Counted from the first letter of the stretch, positions 41,053 to 52,050 are shown. The stretch is DNA of 64,000 nucleotides from Candidatus Poribacteria bacterium (GCA_965214095.1 OZ243938.1:5088001-5152000); one strand, 5' to 3'. Notes: generated by a model not told the origin, from the sequence alone. Numbers and translations are program-made.

Positions 41053-41685
41053 ATGCCAACAATCGAAAAAGTATTTGACTCACCCGGTCCTCAACCAAAC
41101 GGTATGCAAGCGACTGAAGAAGGACTCTGGATAATTGACCAACGCAGCAATGAAGTTCATCTCGTCTCTTATGATGGTGAGGTGAAAAAGACACTTGAAA
41201 CTGGTTCGGATAGAGGCAGCGGCATTACGGATACAGGTACTACGCTTTGGCTTGCTTCAACCTATAGTTGTGAAATATTGTCTATCGATCCAGAAAATGG
41301 TAAAACACTTGCCTCTTACGAAACACCAGGTGCTGGACAAACAGGGGCACACGGTTTGGAGTGGCGAGACAATAAACTGTGGACGGCAGTACCACCCTCG
41401 GCTACAATCTATCAGGTTGATGTAGAAGATGACTTCAAGGTAATCCACACAATACCTGCGCCTGACGATAGACCCCACGGAATTGCATGGGTAGGAGACG
41501 ATCTGTGGTGTGTTGAGACGAACCATCGCGCAATATATCAACTCAACCCAGAAAATGGTGAACACATTAGCAAAATTGATATTCCAGAACCACACCCAGA
41601 ACCCCATGGTATGACCTATTGGCAAGGACATTTCTGGTATTGTGATGCACATACAACTGCTGTCTGTCGTGTGGAACTATCCTAA
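41053..41685 (+). CDS. Beta-propeller protein (Vgb/glutaminyl cyclase-like)
   Basis: Repeated P..P.HG..W....LW blades; ATG 41053 after GGAG. Confidence 0.7.
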   Translation: MPTIEKVFDSPGPQPNGMQATEEGLWIIDQRSNEVHLVSYDGEVKKTLETGSDRGSGITDTGTTLWLASTYSCEILSIDPENGKTLASYETPGAGQTGAHGLEWRDNKLWTAVPPSATIYQVDVEDDFKVIHTIPAPDDRPHGIAWVGDDLWCVETNHRAIYQLNPENGEHISKIDIPEPHPEPHGMTYWQGHFWYCDAHTTAVCRVELS

Positions 41686-42467
41686 TGTTGACCAATGGTA
41701 GACTCTTGAAAATGGGCAAAAACTGTGCTGCAATGAACATGGCAATTGATGAAGCAATTCTAATTTCGCAGAAGAACCATCCCATTCCTACTCTAAGGTT
41801 TTATGATTGGATGACACCCGCGTTCAGTTTCGGTTATTTTCAAAATATAACGTCAGATGTAGACGTGCACGCATGTCGTGAAGAGAACATAGAGTTGGTT
41901 AAACGGATGACCGGAGGTGGTACAGTCATACACGGTTGGGATTTGACCTATTCACTGATTAAACCGCGTTATTCTGGAGAAGAGACAGTCTCAGAGATGT
42001 ATCAACAAATTGGGAAAAACCTTGTCAACGCGTTCCGCAAACTCGGTATTCCTGCAACACGTTATATTCCGTCTACAAATCAGGCTACTTTGTCTCAAAA
42101 TATATGTTTGACAAATCTCGCTGAACATGATGTATTATGCAACAAGAAAAAGGTTGCAGGCGTGTCAGTCAGACGTAACAGAAACGGTATTTTATTTCAA
42201 GGATATATCTCGTTGGATTCGCCACCAAATCCTATTCTTAAAAGAGTATCAAAACATAAAGAGGGACAAAAGGTAGTAAAGGAGAATTCATCTGCAATAA
42301 ATACGGAAGAATGTTTCATCAATAGAAATATACTTATCCAAACTATTTGTGAAACATTTGATATAGGAATTACGTTTAATGTTGGTAAAATGTCGGAGAA
42401 AGAATTGGTGTTTGCAGAGGAGTTAGCAAAGAACAAATATGAAACAGATGCATGGAACTTCAATTGA
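41685..42467 (+). CDS. Lipoate-protein ligase/octanoyltransferase family
   Basis: NMAIDEA, PTLRFYDW, SFGYFQ, KRMTGGG.V.H, KKVAG. Confidence 0.9.
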   Translation: MLTNGRLLKMGKNCAAMNMAIDEAILISQKNHPIPTLRFYDWMTPAFSFGYFQNITSDVDVHACREENIELVKRMTGGGTVIHGWDLTYSLIKPRYSGEETVSEMYQQIGKNLVNAFRKLGIPATRYIPSTNQATLSQNICLTNLAEHDVLCNKKKVAGVSVRRNRNGILFQGYISLDSPPNPILKRVSKHKEGQKVVKENSSAINTEECFINRNILIQTICETFDIGITFNVGKMSEKELVFAEELAKNKYETDAWNFN

Positions 42468-42479
42468 TTTAATTTCATA

Positions 42480-42508
42480 TTGACAGGTTTTCCTAAAAAT
42501 ACTACACT
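42480..42508 (+). promoter_or_regulatory. Sigma70 promoter
   Basis: TTGACA-17-TACACT upstream of the PhyH gene. Confidence 0.6.
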
Positions 42509-42557
42509 CTGTGCACATCTATATTTATTGGGCATTTCGCTAAGATAGAGGCAAACA

Positions 42558-43406
42558 ATGGATCCACTATGTTTAGAACACTGCATAACTGAATCTGAAA
42601 AACAACAATTTGAAGAAAACGGTTACTTTGCTGTTGAGGATGCAATTCCTCAAGAAATGGTTGAAAAATTATTAGTTGCATTTGACCGTATTGGTGCTGA
42701 GCATTTGGGTAAAGACGAATTCCCACCCCATGCAAGGTTCAATATACTTGACTTTGTAGGCAGAGATGACATCTTTATTGAACTTCTTGATTGGCACACA
42801 ACATTTCCAAAGGTATGGGGTATTTTGGGGTGGAATATCAAACTCTATCATTCACATATGATTGCCTTACCGCCTCTTCCAGAGAAAGAACATGATAAAC
42901 AAAAACGACTTGGTTGGCATCAGGATAGTGGAAGATTGAACATAGAATTGGAAGGAGACCCGCGTCCTCGTGTCTCATTGAAAGTTGCCTATTTCTTGAC
43001 TGATACATCGGTACCAGGACGTGGCAATTTCAGTGTGTTACCCGGCAGTCAAAAATTAAATAAAATAGAAATGCCTGAAGATGGCACTGCAGATCCTGAA
43101 ATCGCAACACCCGTTTTTGCAAAGCCTGGTACTGCTGTATTCTTTGACAGACGTTTATGGCATTCTGTCGGACGAAATACATCAGACATTACACGTAAAG
43201 TGATATTCTATGGATATAGTTATCGGTGGTTGCAGCCGCGGGACGATATGACGGTTGAGCATTATATGGAAAAATCTGACCCAATCCGCCAACAAATCTT
43301 AGGTAAGAGTACAGGAGGGATGGGGTATACTTCCCCTGGTGATAAAGATGTCCCGCTGCGTATATGGATTCAAGAAAACCTCGGTTCTGAAGCGGTTGCA
43401 AGATAA
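42558..43406 (+). CDS. Phytanoyl-CoA dioxygenase (PhyH) family
   Basis: FEENGY, WHQD, LPGSQ, PGTAVFFDRRLWH. Confidence 0.9.
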   Translation: MDPLCLEHCITESEKQQFEENGYFAVEDAIPQEMVEKLLVAFDRIGAEHLGKDEFPPHARFNILDFVGRDDIFIELLDWHTTFPKVWGILGWNIKLYHSHMIALPPLPEKEHDKQKRLGWHQDSGRLNIELEGDPRPRVSLKVAYFLTDTSVPGRGNFSVLPGSQKLNKIEMPEDGTADPEIATPVFAKPGTAVFFDRRLWHSVGRNTSDITRKVIFYGYSYRWLQPRDDMTVEHYMEKSDPIRQQILGKSTGGMGYTSPGDKDVPLRIWIQENLGSEAVAR

Positions 43407-43518
43407 TCTATAGTTATCTTTAACAGAAATAATTTTCCTTAATTCTACTTTAAACGTGTTTGTAGTCGTGCAATTTATTGCGCCTCGGACATTCTTCTTA
43501 AATTGATACGGTAAATTT

Positions 43519-44718
43519 CTACCAATCACCCCGCCGATCCTCCCAGAGACGCTCTTTCAAAACATCCTCATTAAGTTCTGTTCCCCAACCAGGACCTGTT
43601 GGTATTTTCATATTGCCATCAACAATTTCAGGTACATCTGTCGTCAAATCATCTTTCCAAGGCACATCATCAATATCAACTTCCATAATACGCACATTCG
43701 GCAAAACAGCACAGAGACTCGCACTGACAAATGTCGCAAGATGGCTATAATAGTTGTGTGGAGCAACATTGAATTGATACACATCCGCTAAATCACCAAT
43801 TTTCTTTGACTGAGCAAAACCATTCCAAGGCACATCAATCATAAACACATCCGCAGCACGAGAATCAAAGTATGGAATATATTCACGCATATAGTATAGA
43901 TTTTCACCGGTGCAAATCTTAGTTGTCGTAGAATCCTTAATCTGCCGAATTGCTTCATGGTCATACATATCTATTTCCAACCACAATAAGTTGTAGGGTT
44001 CCAACATCTTAGCTATTTGCATACATGCCTCAGGTTTGAAATTAAAGTTCAGATCAAGATTGAGACCGATATCAGGACCGATGGCTTCTCTAAATGTTGC
44101 TATCAATGTTTCAATGTGATTAAGAAGTTGTGTTGATACATTTCCGTCAGTAGAACCAGGTCCTTCCCCAAATCCGCTGAAATAAACAGATGCTGGATCT
44201 CCCGGTATGACAATATTTGTCTTTAATGCAGTGAAACCTTTCTCAACCACTTCATGACCTAAGGCAGCAATGTCCGCCATTGTTCTTAAAGGTGGAACAC
44301 CCATCAACTCATAATATCTTGCACGAGACGACCCACAATGTGACCAGTAGACACGAACTTCATCACGAGTCGGTCCACCGAAGAGCTCCACAACGGATAT
44401 TCCCAATGCCTTTGCCTTGATGTCAACAAGAGCCAATTCAATTCCTGCAATTGCTTTTGCCGCGATGCCACCTGGACTCTGTCGTGAACCGCGTATCATA
44501 TCCCAAAACCGCATTTCATAAGCACGCGGATCACGACCAATCAGTAGCGGTGTTAGGTCTTTAATTGCACCTGAAACTCCGTTAGGGTTTCTCCCGTCAC
44601 TACATTCACCATAACCAGTGACACCTTCATCCGTTTCAACCTTGACAAATATCCACGGTCTCCATCCACCATCAACAATAAATGTATCAATATTTGTTAT
44701 CTTCATAGATTTACTCAA
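43519..44718 (-). CDS. Mandelate racemase/muconate lactonizing enzyme (enolase superfamily)
   Basis: VKVETDEGVTGYGE, IELALVDIKAK, WLE, TGE, PHN, P.GPGWG; start may be ATG 44706. Confidence 0.92.
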   Translation of the reverse strand: MSKSMKITNIDTFIVDGGWRPWIFVKVETDEGVTGYGECSDGRNPNGVSGAIKDLTPLLIGRDPRAYEMRFWDMIRGSRQSPGGIAAKAIAGIELALVDIKAKALGISVVELFGGPTRDEVRVYWSHCGSSRARYYELMGVPPLRTMADIAALGHEVVEKGFTALKTNIVIPGDPASVYFSGFGEGPGSTDGNVSTQLLNHIETLIATFREAIGPDIGLNLDLNFNFKPEACMQIAKMLEPYNLLWLEIDMYDHEAIRQIKDSTTTKICTGENLYYMREYIPYFDSRAADVFMIDVPWNGFAQSKKIGDLADVYQFNVAPHNYYSHLATFVSASLCAVLPNVRIMEVDIDDVPWKDDLTTDVPEIVDGNMKIPTGPGWGTELNEDVLKERLWEDRRGDW

Positions 44719-44727
44719 AAAAGTTTG

Positions 44728-45720
44728 CTACAACACTACAATTTCACCACATTGTTCAGATGCACGCAATGCATCACAGACACGCATTGTGTCTACCGCA
44801 GCACTTGTCCAAATAGGTTCAAGATTATCTGATTGAACATTAGACGAAAAACGCTCAATCATATTGACTTCCTGAATACAAACATCAGTCTCATATTTGT
44901 CGTTATTTTCTCCGTGAATCCAAAACCTTGCCGTTTCTTCAGAACTTGGTATAGTGAAATCATCACAGACAAGTGATCCTTGCGTTCCTGCCACCTCAAA
45001 CCATCTTCTCAATCCCGTATCAAACCCGCAGTCGAATGTCGCAATCCGTTCACCTTCAAACCAAAGTAGACCTGAAAAATTGTAATCAACACCGACCTTA
45101 TATCGTGCTGTTGCATAAACTTGTGTAGGTAACGCTTCAAATGCCCAAAGTATAGCACGAACACAATAATAACCGAGATCCCCAAGACAACCGCCACCTA
45201 ACTCTGGTTTTGCCCTAATATTATTTATCTGTATCGTTTGCCAGTTGAATGTAAAGGCTGCAGTAACCCTACGCAGGTCCCCTAAACTATCCAGCTTTTG
45301 CTTCATCAACTCAGTTCGATCATGATGTACCCACATCACACCATCCATAAGTTGGACACTGTTTTTTTGGCAAGTTTCCGCCATCATTTTTGCTTCATCA
45401 GAATTAGTAGAAAGCGGTTTCTCGCAAAGGATATGCTTACCAAGTTTTGCTGCTCGGATTGTCCATTCTGCATGCATTGATGGTGGAAGTGGGATGTAGA
45501 CCGCATCTATGGTCTCATCAGAAAGGAGTTCATCGTAAGAACCGTAAGCGTTTGGCACATTATGATTCTGTGCCCATGATGCCGCCCGTTCTTCTGTGCG
45601 ACTGGCAATAGCAATCAACTCTGCATTTGAGGAAAGGTTGATAGCACGCGCAATTTTTGTGGCAATATTCGCAGTACTTAAAATACCCCATCGGACAGGT
45701 GCTTTTGTTTCAGTTTTCAT
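44728..45720 (-). CDS. Gfo/Idh/MocA oxidoreductase
   Basis: WGILSTANIA, AVYIPLP, KHILCEKP, GGGCLGDLG.Y. Confidence 0.92.
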   Translation of the reverse strand: MKTETKAPVRWGILSTANIATKIARAINLSSNAELIAIASRTEERAASWAQNHNVPNAYGSYDELLSDETIDAVYIPLPPSMHAEWTIRAAKLGKHILCEKPLSTNSDEAKMMAETCQKNSVQLMDGVMWVHHDRTELMKQKLDSLGDLRRVTAAFTFNWQTIQINNIRAKPELGGGCLGDLGYYCVRAILWAFEALPTQVYATARYKVGVDYNFSGLLWFEGERIATFDCGFDTGLRRWFEVAGTQGSLVCDDFTIPSSEETARFWIHGENNDKYETDVCIQEVNMIERFSSNVQSDNLEPIWTSAAVDTMRVCDALRASEQCGEIVVL

Positions 45721-46148
45721 ATATTAATTCTGTTGTAATTTGTGATAGTACTTGTTCATTACTATATCCAAAAACACAGAATTCGTCAAGCGATAATAGT
45801 AGTGTTCTGTCTACACCAATCTTGTAGGTCGGGTAGAGGCACGAAACCCGACATGCAATGTCCGAATGGACACTCCAGTAGTATACAGTTTTTTAGTTTT
45901 AGGGTTTTTGTTCAATATTATTTACAAACGTAAAATTCATTATGGGTTTGGCTCTGCAAAGTTCCTATTCCCAGGTTGACGTTTATTTTCTTAATGGCAC
46001 TTTGATATTTCAGACTCTTATCCTGAAAATCCTATAATCCTGAAAATCCTGGTTCAGACAAGAATCAATATATCCAATAAATTCAGTGATGGGACCGATG
46101 CGGGGACTTAACAGCAAGTTAACCTCAATAATTACGAAAACTTAAAAC

Positions 46149-46285
46149 TATAGTAAAACGGACAATTAATGAAACATATTGTCCCAATTGCCTATTCATA
46201 TAATGTCCGAGGCGCAATGAATTGCGCGACTACAAACGTGTTTTCCTAAATGTAAAGTGTATTGTTAATTTCAAATTTCACTATA
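46149..46285. mobile_element. 137-bp tatagt/actata MITE carrying a REP on the minus strand
   Basis: Ends tatagtaaaa/tttcactata; gcgcaatgaattgcgcgactac at 46212. Confidence 0.65.
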
Positions 46286-46311
46286 AATATCCCTAAAATG
46301 TACATAAAATA

Positions 46312-46340
46312 TTGACATCTATCTCTCTTAATGATAAACT
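46312..46340 (+). promoter_or_regulatory. Sigma70 promoter of argC
   Basis: TTGACA-17-TAAACT with TG. Confidence 0.65.
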
Positions 46341-46373
46341 ATGTCAATTAAAATCAATACAAAGGTAAGAGCA

Positions 46374-47417
46374 ATGACAAAGATAGGTATTGTAGGCGCA
46401 TCTGGTTATGGCGGAAGTGAATTACTCAGATTCCTCGTCAACCATCAAGGTGGACTAAACATTGAACTCGCCACCTCCGAGACCTACGCAGGTAAGCGCG
46501 TGGATCATGTCTTACCACATCTGCGAGGATTCGTAGATATTGAGTTCGAACCATTGGAAATAGATTCACTAAGAGAGCGAGTGGATGTTGTCGTGCTTGC
46601 CGTTCCGCACAAAGTCGCTATGACGTATGCACCACAGATTCTTGAACAAGACTTACGGGTGGTTGATTTTAGTGCGGATTACCGATTGAATGACGTAGAC
46701 ACATATACCAACTGGTACCACGTTGACCATACCAGTCCGGAACTTATACAAAATGCTGTCTACGGATTGCCAGAACGTTATCGTGAGAAAATCAGAGATG
46801 CACAACTCGTCGCAAATCCCGGCTGTTATCCAACAAGTTCAATACTTGCCACAATACCACTGTTAAACAATAGACTCATTGAATTGGATTCTATCATCAT
46901 AGATTCAAAGTCGGGTATTTCTGGGGCAGGACCTAAACCTAAAGACACTACACACTATCCAAATCGTGAGTCAAATCTTGTCGCCTACAACATCGGAAAA
47001 CACCGACACACACCAGAGATTGAACAAGAGTTAGCCGCAGTTGCTGGAGAGGATGTTACTTTGACCTTCACGCCACATTTAGTTCCTATGACGCGCGGCA
47101 TCTTAAGCACTGTCTATGCACGCCTAAAAAATCCTCTTGATACAGAGACATTACTCGAAACTTACACATCATTTTATAGTAACGAACCATTCATCAGAGT
47201 TCTTGATAAAGACATTTATCCAGAAACAAAAGCTGTTCTCGGTAGCAATTATTGTCATATCGGTATAGATGTAGACGAGAGAACACAACGTATCGTCGCT
47301 ATGGCAGCACTTGATAATCTTGGCAAAGGTGCAGCAGGTGCCGCTTTACAAAATCTTAATCTCATGTTCGGCTACGACGAAACAGATGGACTTAATTCAC
47401 CAGGATTAATGCCATAA
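46374..47417 (+). CDS. argC: N-acetyl-gamma-glutamyl-phosphate reductase
   Basis: GASGYGG, DFSADYR, ANPGCYPT, SGISGAG, HRHTPEI, DNLGKGAAG. Confidence 0.97.
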   Translation: MTKIGIVGASGYGGSELLRFLVNHQGGLNIELATSETYAGKRVDHVLPHLRGFVDIEFEPLEIDSLRERVDVVVLAVPHKVAMTYAPQILEQDLRVVDFSADYRLNDVDTYTNWYHVDHTSPELIQNAVYGLPERYREKIRDAQLVANPGCYPTSSILATIPLLNNRLIELDSIIIDSKSGISGAGPKPKDTTHYPNRESNLVAYNIGKHRHTPEIEQELAAVAGEDVTLTFTPHLVPMTRGILSTVYARLKNPLDTETLLETYTSFYSNEPFIRVLDKDIYPETKAVLGSNYCHIGIDVDERTQRIVAMAALDNLGKGAAGAALQNLNLMFGYDETDGLNSPGLMP

Positions 47418-47620
47418 CTACGGTAAAATGACCATTCTCTGTTGTTGCTATAGTTTAGACAGTTTTTAATGGATTTACGCATTTTTGTGATTGTTCCAAT
47501 AATTCTGAATAAAAGTTGGAATTATTATCAAATTTCTGAGTAGTCAGCACCTACAAAGCACGTCTACTACCTATGTTCACATGACCTATAATTTCGAATT
47601 GAAACTGGAATAGGAGAAAT

Positions 47621-48406
47621 TTGATGATGGTAAACTTAATACTTTCGCGATACTTTATGATATTTGTTGTATTTATGGTATCTATCTTGCCTCAATCCAT
47701 TTATGCCCAAGATAAAAACACTGTTCTATTGTATACATTTGATTCCGGGGACGGTGATGTTGTCAAAGACTTATCTGGAAACGGGAACGATGGCACATTA
47801 ATGGGAAGTGCAGATTGGGATAATGGAAAACTTGGAAACGCGCTTGTTTTTGGTGGAAACGGACCAAAAGATTTCGTTGATATTCCTGATAGTGACAGTC
47901 TTGATCTTGTGACCGAACTCACAGTTGAAATGTGGGTTTATCTGAATGCACATTCAACAGCTGGAGGTACCGGGGTTACAAAAGAGAAATCATATAAAAT
48001 TGGACCGAGAAGCAACAAAAGATCTATACTTCGAATGACGACTACTAAAAATGACTGGGTGAGTGCTATTGTAATTGGGGAAAAACCGTTACCGCTTAAC
48101 ACTTGGTTTCATATAGCAGGCACTTACGATGCAAAGTCTGGTGATGGTATATTATACTTCAATGGAGAATTGGACAGTGAAAACAATATTGGTGGTGATA
48201 TTGTACCAAACGATGGTGTAGTTTGGCTTGGACGCGGTTCTAGCCCGTTTTTAGATGGGTATATGGATGAAGTACGAATCTCCAATGTAGTACGTCCACT
48301 GAAAGAAATACAACATTTGATGAACGCTGGCATTGAAGGTGTGCTTTCTGTGTCACCAAATGATAAATTAGCAACTTCATGGGGAAAACTCAAAAGCAAA
48401 TTATAA
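47621..48406 (+). CDS. Secreted LamG/concanavalin A-like protein
   Basis: Signal peptide; DLSGNGNDG, LTVEMWV, WFHIAGTYD, GYMDEVRISN; C-terminal VSPNDKLATSWGKLK. Confidence 0.9.
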   Translation: MMMVNLILSRYFMIFVVFMVSILPQSIYAQDKNTVLLYTFDSGDGDVVKDLSGNGNDGTLMGSADWDNGKLGNALVFGGNGPKDFVDIPDSDSLDLVTELTVEMWVYLNAHSTAGGTGVTKEKSYKIGPRSNKRSILRMTTTKNDWVSAIVIGEKPLPLNTWFHIAGTYDAKSGDGILYFNGELDSENNIGGDIVPNDGVVWLGRGSSPFLDGYMDEVRISNVVRPLKEIQHLMNAGIEGVLSVSPNDKLATSWGKLKSKL

Positions 48407-48547
48407 TAACGTGAGTTTGATAAATCAAATTCTTGTATTCGGTGAAGTTAGGAAACCCGCTATAGTCGTCAATTTCAGGAGATATTCTCTTGTTGGAGGG
48501 TTTCCAACCCGATTACCACTTTTTTACAAACCTAGTCCACCCCGTCT

Positions 48548-49702
48548 ATGAAACTTATGATTGTTGTAGGAGAACCTTCTGGTGACCTGCAAGCCTCACA
48601 TGTCGCACATGCACTTAGAACGCGCTGCCCAGATATTAGTCTATATGGAATGGGTGGCGATATGATGAAAGAGGCGGGTGTGTCACTTGTTATCCACATA
48701 CAAGATTCGGCAGTTATGGGGATCGCTGAAGCCTTCGCAGTCCTACCGAAGTTCCTAAAAAAACAATCACTCTTAAAACAACATCTCAGAGAAAACCGTC
48801 CAGATGCTTTACTCCTCGTGGATTTTGCGGAATTCAATACTCCTTTAGCAAAATACGCTAAATCGCAAGGAGTACCAGTCATCTATTATATCCCACCGAA
48901 AGCGTGGGCATGGCGACCAGGTAGAGCAAAAAAACTCGCAAAACGCACAAATGTCATCGCTTCTATCTTCCCATTTGAAACGGAATTCTATCAAAAAGCA
49001 GGGGCAAATGCAGTATTCGTTGGACACCCATTGGTTGACTTTGCTAAGACACACATATCTATGAGGAAAGCACGGCAAAAACTCAACCTTAAAGAACATA
49101 CCTCTGTTATTGGCTTAATGCCCGGTAGCAGACGTTCTGAAGTCCAACGTATTCTCCCAATCATGCTAAAAGCAGCTGCAAACATATCGCAGCTTATCCC
49201 TGATACAGAATGGGTTCTACCCATCGCACCTAGTATTTCTGAAGAATTAATATCCGACTGCAAGAAAGGAATAGAAGGAATTCCAACAATCAAAATAATT
49301 CATGATGAAACTTATACAGCCATGCGCGCTGCGCATTTGATGCTTGTCACTTCTGGTACAGCTACACTTGAAACGGCATGCATTGGTACTGCGATGATCA
49401 TCCTATATCGCACATCGTGGCTCAATTGGAGGATAATCAAAGCACTAACACCTTTAGAACATAGCGGGTGGCCTAATCTCATTGCAGGAAAACGGATCGT
49501 CCCAGAACTTCTTCAATCAGATCTTTCATCCGAATCACTAACAGAACAGACAATTGAACTGATTAAAAACCCCAAATTATGGGTTACACAACGGGAAGCA
49601 CTTGAAGCAGTACATAAACAACTCGGTGAACCTGGTGCTGCAGAAAGAACAGCACAATTGGTCTTAGACGAAATTAAATCATCACACCACCCTACACAAT
49701 GA
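48548..49702 (+). CDS. lpxB: Lipid-A-disaccharide synthase
   Basis: GEPSGDL, VMG, YYIPP..WAWR, FVGHPL, MPGSRRSE, SGTATLE, PELLQ. Confidence 0.96.
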   Translation: MKLMIVVGEPSGDLQASHVAHALRTRCPDISLYGMGGDMMKEAGVSLVIHIQDSAVMGIAEAFAVLPKFLKKQSLLKQHLRENRPDALLLVDFAEFNTPLAKYAKSQGVPVIYYIPPKAWAWRPGRAKKLAKRTNVIASIFPFETEFYQKAGANAVFVGHPLVDFAKTHISMRKARQKLNLKEHTSVIGLMPGSRRSEVQRILPIMLKAAANISQLIPDTEWVLPIAPSISEELISDCKKGIEGIPTIKIIHDETYTAMRAAHLMLVTSGTATLETACIGTAMIILYRTSWLNWRIIKALTPLEHSGWPNLIAGKRIVPELLQSDLSSESLTEQTIELIKNPKLWVTQREALEAVHKQLGEPGAAERTAQLVLDEIKSSHHPTQ

Positions 49703-50817
49703 AACGCACCTTCTATAATTTCATCACGACAGAACAACGTGGTTTCCTTCCAAACCTATTCCGCATATTCCTAATGCCGTTGTGTGGTCTCTACAGTCTC
49801 ATCGCCATGATACGAAATTACTGCTACAATGTAGGTATCTTTAAGCAGCAGAAACTTCCGTGCGTTGTCATTAGTATTGGGAATATAGTTGTGGGAGGAA
49901 CAGGAAAAACACCAACTGTCGCCGCAATTGCAAAGATGCTGCAAAATAACGAAACAAAAGTCGCAATACTACTCCGGGGCTACAAACGCAAGAGCGACAA
50001 CGAAATAACAATAGTATCGGATGGTAAGAACTTGTTATGTTCAAGAGAAGAAAGCGGTGATGAAGCGAACATGCTGGCACACCAACTCTCTGAAATTCCA
50101 ATCATCGTTGGAAAACAACGATACCTTATAGGTGAAGCAGCCATTAGTAAATTCAACAGTCAAGTACTAATCCTTGACGATGGATATCAACACCGGAGAT
50201 TAGCACGAGACCTTGACATTCTCATAATTGATGCAACGCAACCCTACGGTACTGGTTCACTCCTACCTATAGGAACATTGAGAGAACCCAAATCATCCAT
50301 AAAACGTGCAGACATCATTCTCCTGACACGGACAGATGTAAAGGGTATAAACATTGAACAACTGAAGACAGAACTCAACCAATTAGCACCGAATACACCT
50401 ATCTTAGAAAGTATCCACAAACCAACATCGTTGTCCCAACTAAATCAAACAGACGATAACTCCACGATGCCTCTGAATTATCTCTCAGGGAAACGACTAC
50501 TTGCTGTGAGTGGAATCGGAAACCCAAATGCATTCGCTAAAACACTTGAAAAACATCATCCTGACAAAGTTGAGTTGTTAGCCTTTCCAGATCACCATGT
50601 CTATTCCGAATCCGATATACAACAGATTCAACGGAAGTTCAAACAGGTTAATGCAGAATGCATCATAACCACCCAAAAAGATGAACATAAATTCGCAGAT
50701 CTCAACACAGACTTGCCGATATTTGTATTAGCGATAGATTTAGTCATCACAGAAGGTAAGAAAGTCCTCTTAGATAAATTGCTAATTTATCAAAAAGCCG
50801 AAACCATTTCTCAATAA
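49699..50817 (+). CDS. lpxK: Tetraacyldisaccharide 4'-kinase
   Basis: SIGNIVVGGTGKTP, LRGY, GDE, LDDGYQH, GIGNP, FPDHH; ATGA overlap with lpxB. Confidence 0.96.
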   Translation: MKRTFYNFITTEQRGFLPNLFRIFLMPLCGLYSLIAMIRNYCYNVGIFKQQKLPCVVISIGNIVVGGTGKTPTVAAIAKMLQNNETKVAILLRGYKRKSDNEITIVSDGKNLLCSREESGDEANMLAHQLSEIPIIVGKQRYLIGEAAISKFNSQVLILDDGYQHRRLARDLDILIIDATQPYGTGSLLPIGTLREPKSSIKRADIILLTRTDVKGINIEQLKTELNQLAPNTPILESIHKPTSLSQLNQTDDNSTMPLNYLSGKRLLAVSGIGNPNAFAKTLEKHHPDKVELLAFPDHHVYSESDIQQIQRKFKQVNAECIITTQKDEHKFADLNTDLPIFVLAIDLVITEGKKVLLDKLLIYQKAETISQ

Positions 50818-50819
50818 TA

Positions 50820-50933
50820 ATACCATTTCTAATAGAAAACGCCGCATTTTTGTAGCACAAACTGCCAGTTTGTGCAGTCCTTCAAGAGATTCCTAACAAA
50901 TTTTAATGGGACAAACATTTATAGAAATGGTAT
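50820..50933. mobile_element. 114-bp MITE (family A) with GTAG REP
   Basis: Near-identical to 9443-9556; sits immediately after the lpxK stop. Confidence 0.8.
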
Positions 50934-51042
50934 AACTTCACTATAAGAAACAGACCTTTTGTAAATGAACACTCCAGTAGTCGCGCAATTCATTGCGCCT
51001 CTTACATTCATTTATGGGATTTACTTGTCAGAATTGGCATAA

Positions 51043-51948
51043 CTACTCAGGTATTGCAACACCTTCATTTGCTGTCATTTCAGCATATAACTCCTGCAAA
51101 CGTGCTGTCATCGGACCAGGATTCCCCGTGCCAATCTGTCTGCCATCCACTTCCAACACCGGACTTAACTCCCCTACAGTACCTGTAGTGAACATCTCGT
51201 CAGCAGTATATACCTCTGTCAAAGAGACGTTCCGCTCCACCATAGGGATCTCAGCTTGTCGTGCAAGATGGATAACATTACCGCGCGTAATACCCGGCAG
51301 ACAACTATCCGCGTGTGAGGTAATCACTTCCCCACGTTTCACTATAAAGATATTGGTTGCATTCGTTTCAGAGACAAAACCGAATACGTCAAGCATGATC
51401 GCATCGTCTACGCCTGCCACATTCGCTTCAATCTTCGCAAGAATGTTATTAATCAGATTGTTATGATGAATCTTGGAATCGATACACTGTGCAGGATTTC
51501 TCCGAATAGCTGATGTTACCAAACGAACACCAGTACTTGCATATATCGGTGCTTTCCATTCTGCCAATACTATAAGACAAGTACCATACTGATTGACATG
51601 TGGGTTCATGCTTGAGGTAACCTTTTTCCCACGGCTTAACGTCAGACGTATATGTACTTCATCGCGCATGCCATTTGCTTGGAGCGTTTCAAAGATTGCA
51701 GCTTTGATCTCATCACGAGAAGGTATCCCTTCAAACGCCATCGCATGTGCCGAGTCTATCAATCGGTCTAAGTGTGGATCCAAGGCAAAGATCTTTCCTT
51801 TATAGATACGTAAACCTTCCCAAACACCATCTCCTCCTTGTACAAGACTATCAAATACAGATATTTTCGCATCTTCACGCGGTAGCAATTCACCACCAAC
51901 ATGTATCAATATATTTTCATTACGCGCATCAGGCAATTGTGGTTGCAT
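51043..51948 (-). CDS. Class IV aminotransferase (branched-chain amino acid aminotransferase-like)
   Basis: GDGVWEGLR, HLDRL, PLP lysine in SKIHH, E.NATN, LPGITR, TGT.GE. Confidence 0.9.
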   Translation of the reverse strand: MQPQLPDARNENILIHVGGELLPREDAKISVFDSLVQGGDGVWEGLRIYKGKIFALDPHLDRLIDSAHAMAFEGIPSRDEIKAAIFETLQANGMRDEVHIRLTLSRGKKVTSSMNPHVNQYGTCLIVLAEWKAPIYASTGVRLVTSAIRRNPAQCIDSKIHHNNLINNILAKIEANVAGVDDAIMLDVFGFVSETNATNIFIVKRGEVITSHADSCLPGITRGNVIHLARQAEIPMVERNVSLTEVYTADEMFTTGTVGELSPVLEVDGRQIGTGNPGPMTARLQELYAEMTANEGVAIPE

Positions 51949-52050
51949 TCATTCTCCTCTTTCCATTAGTTTTATTTTATTCAATCAATTTCTCAATACA
52001 TATATAATACCAAAACACAGATGAAATGGCAATTAACTTCCATAACAGAA

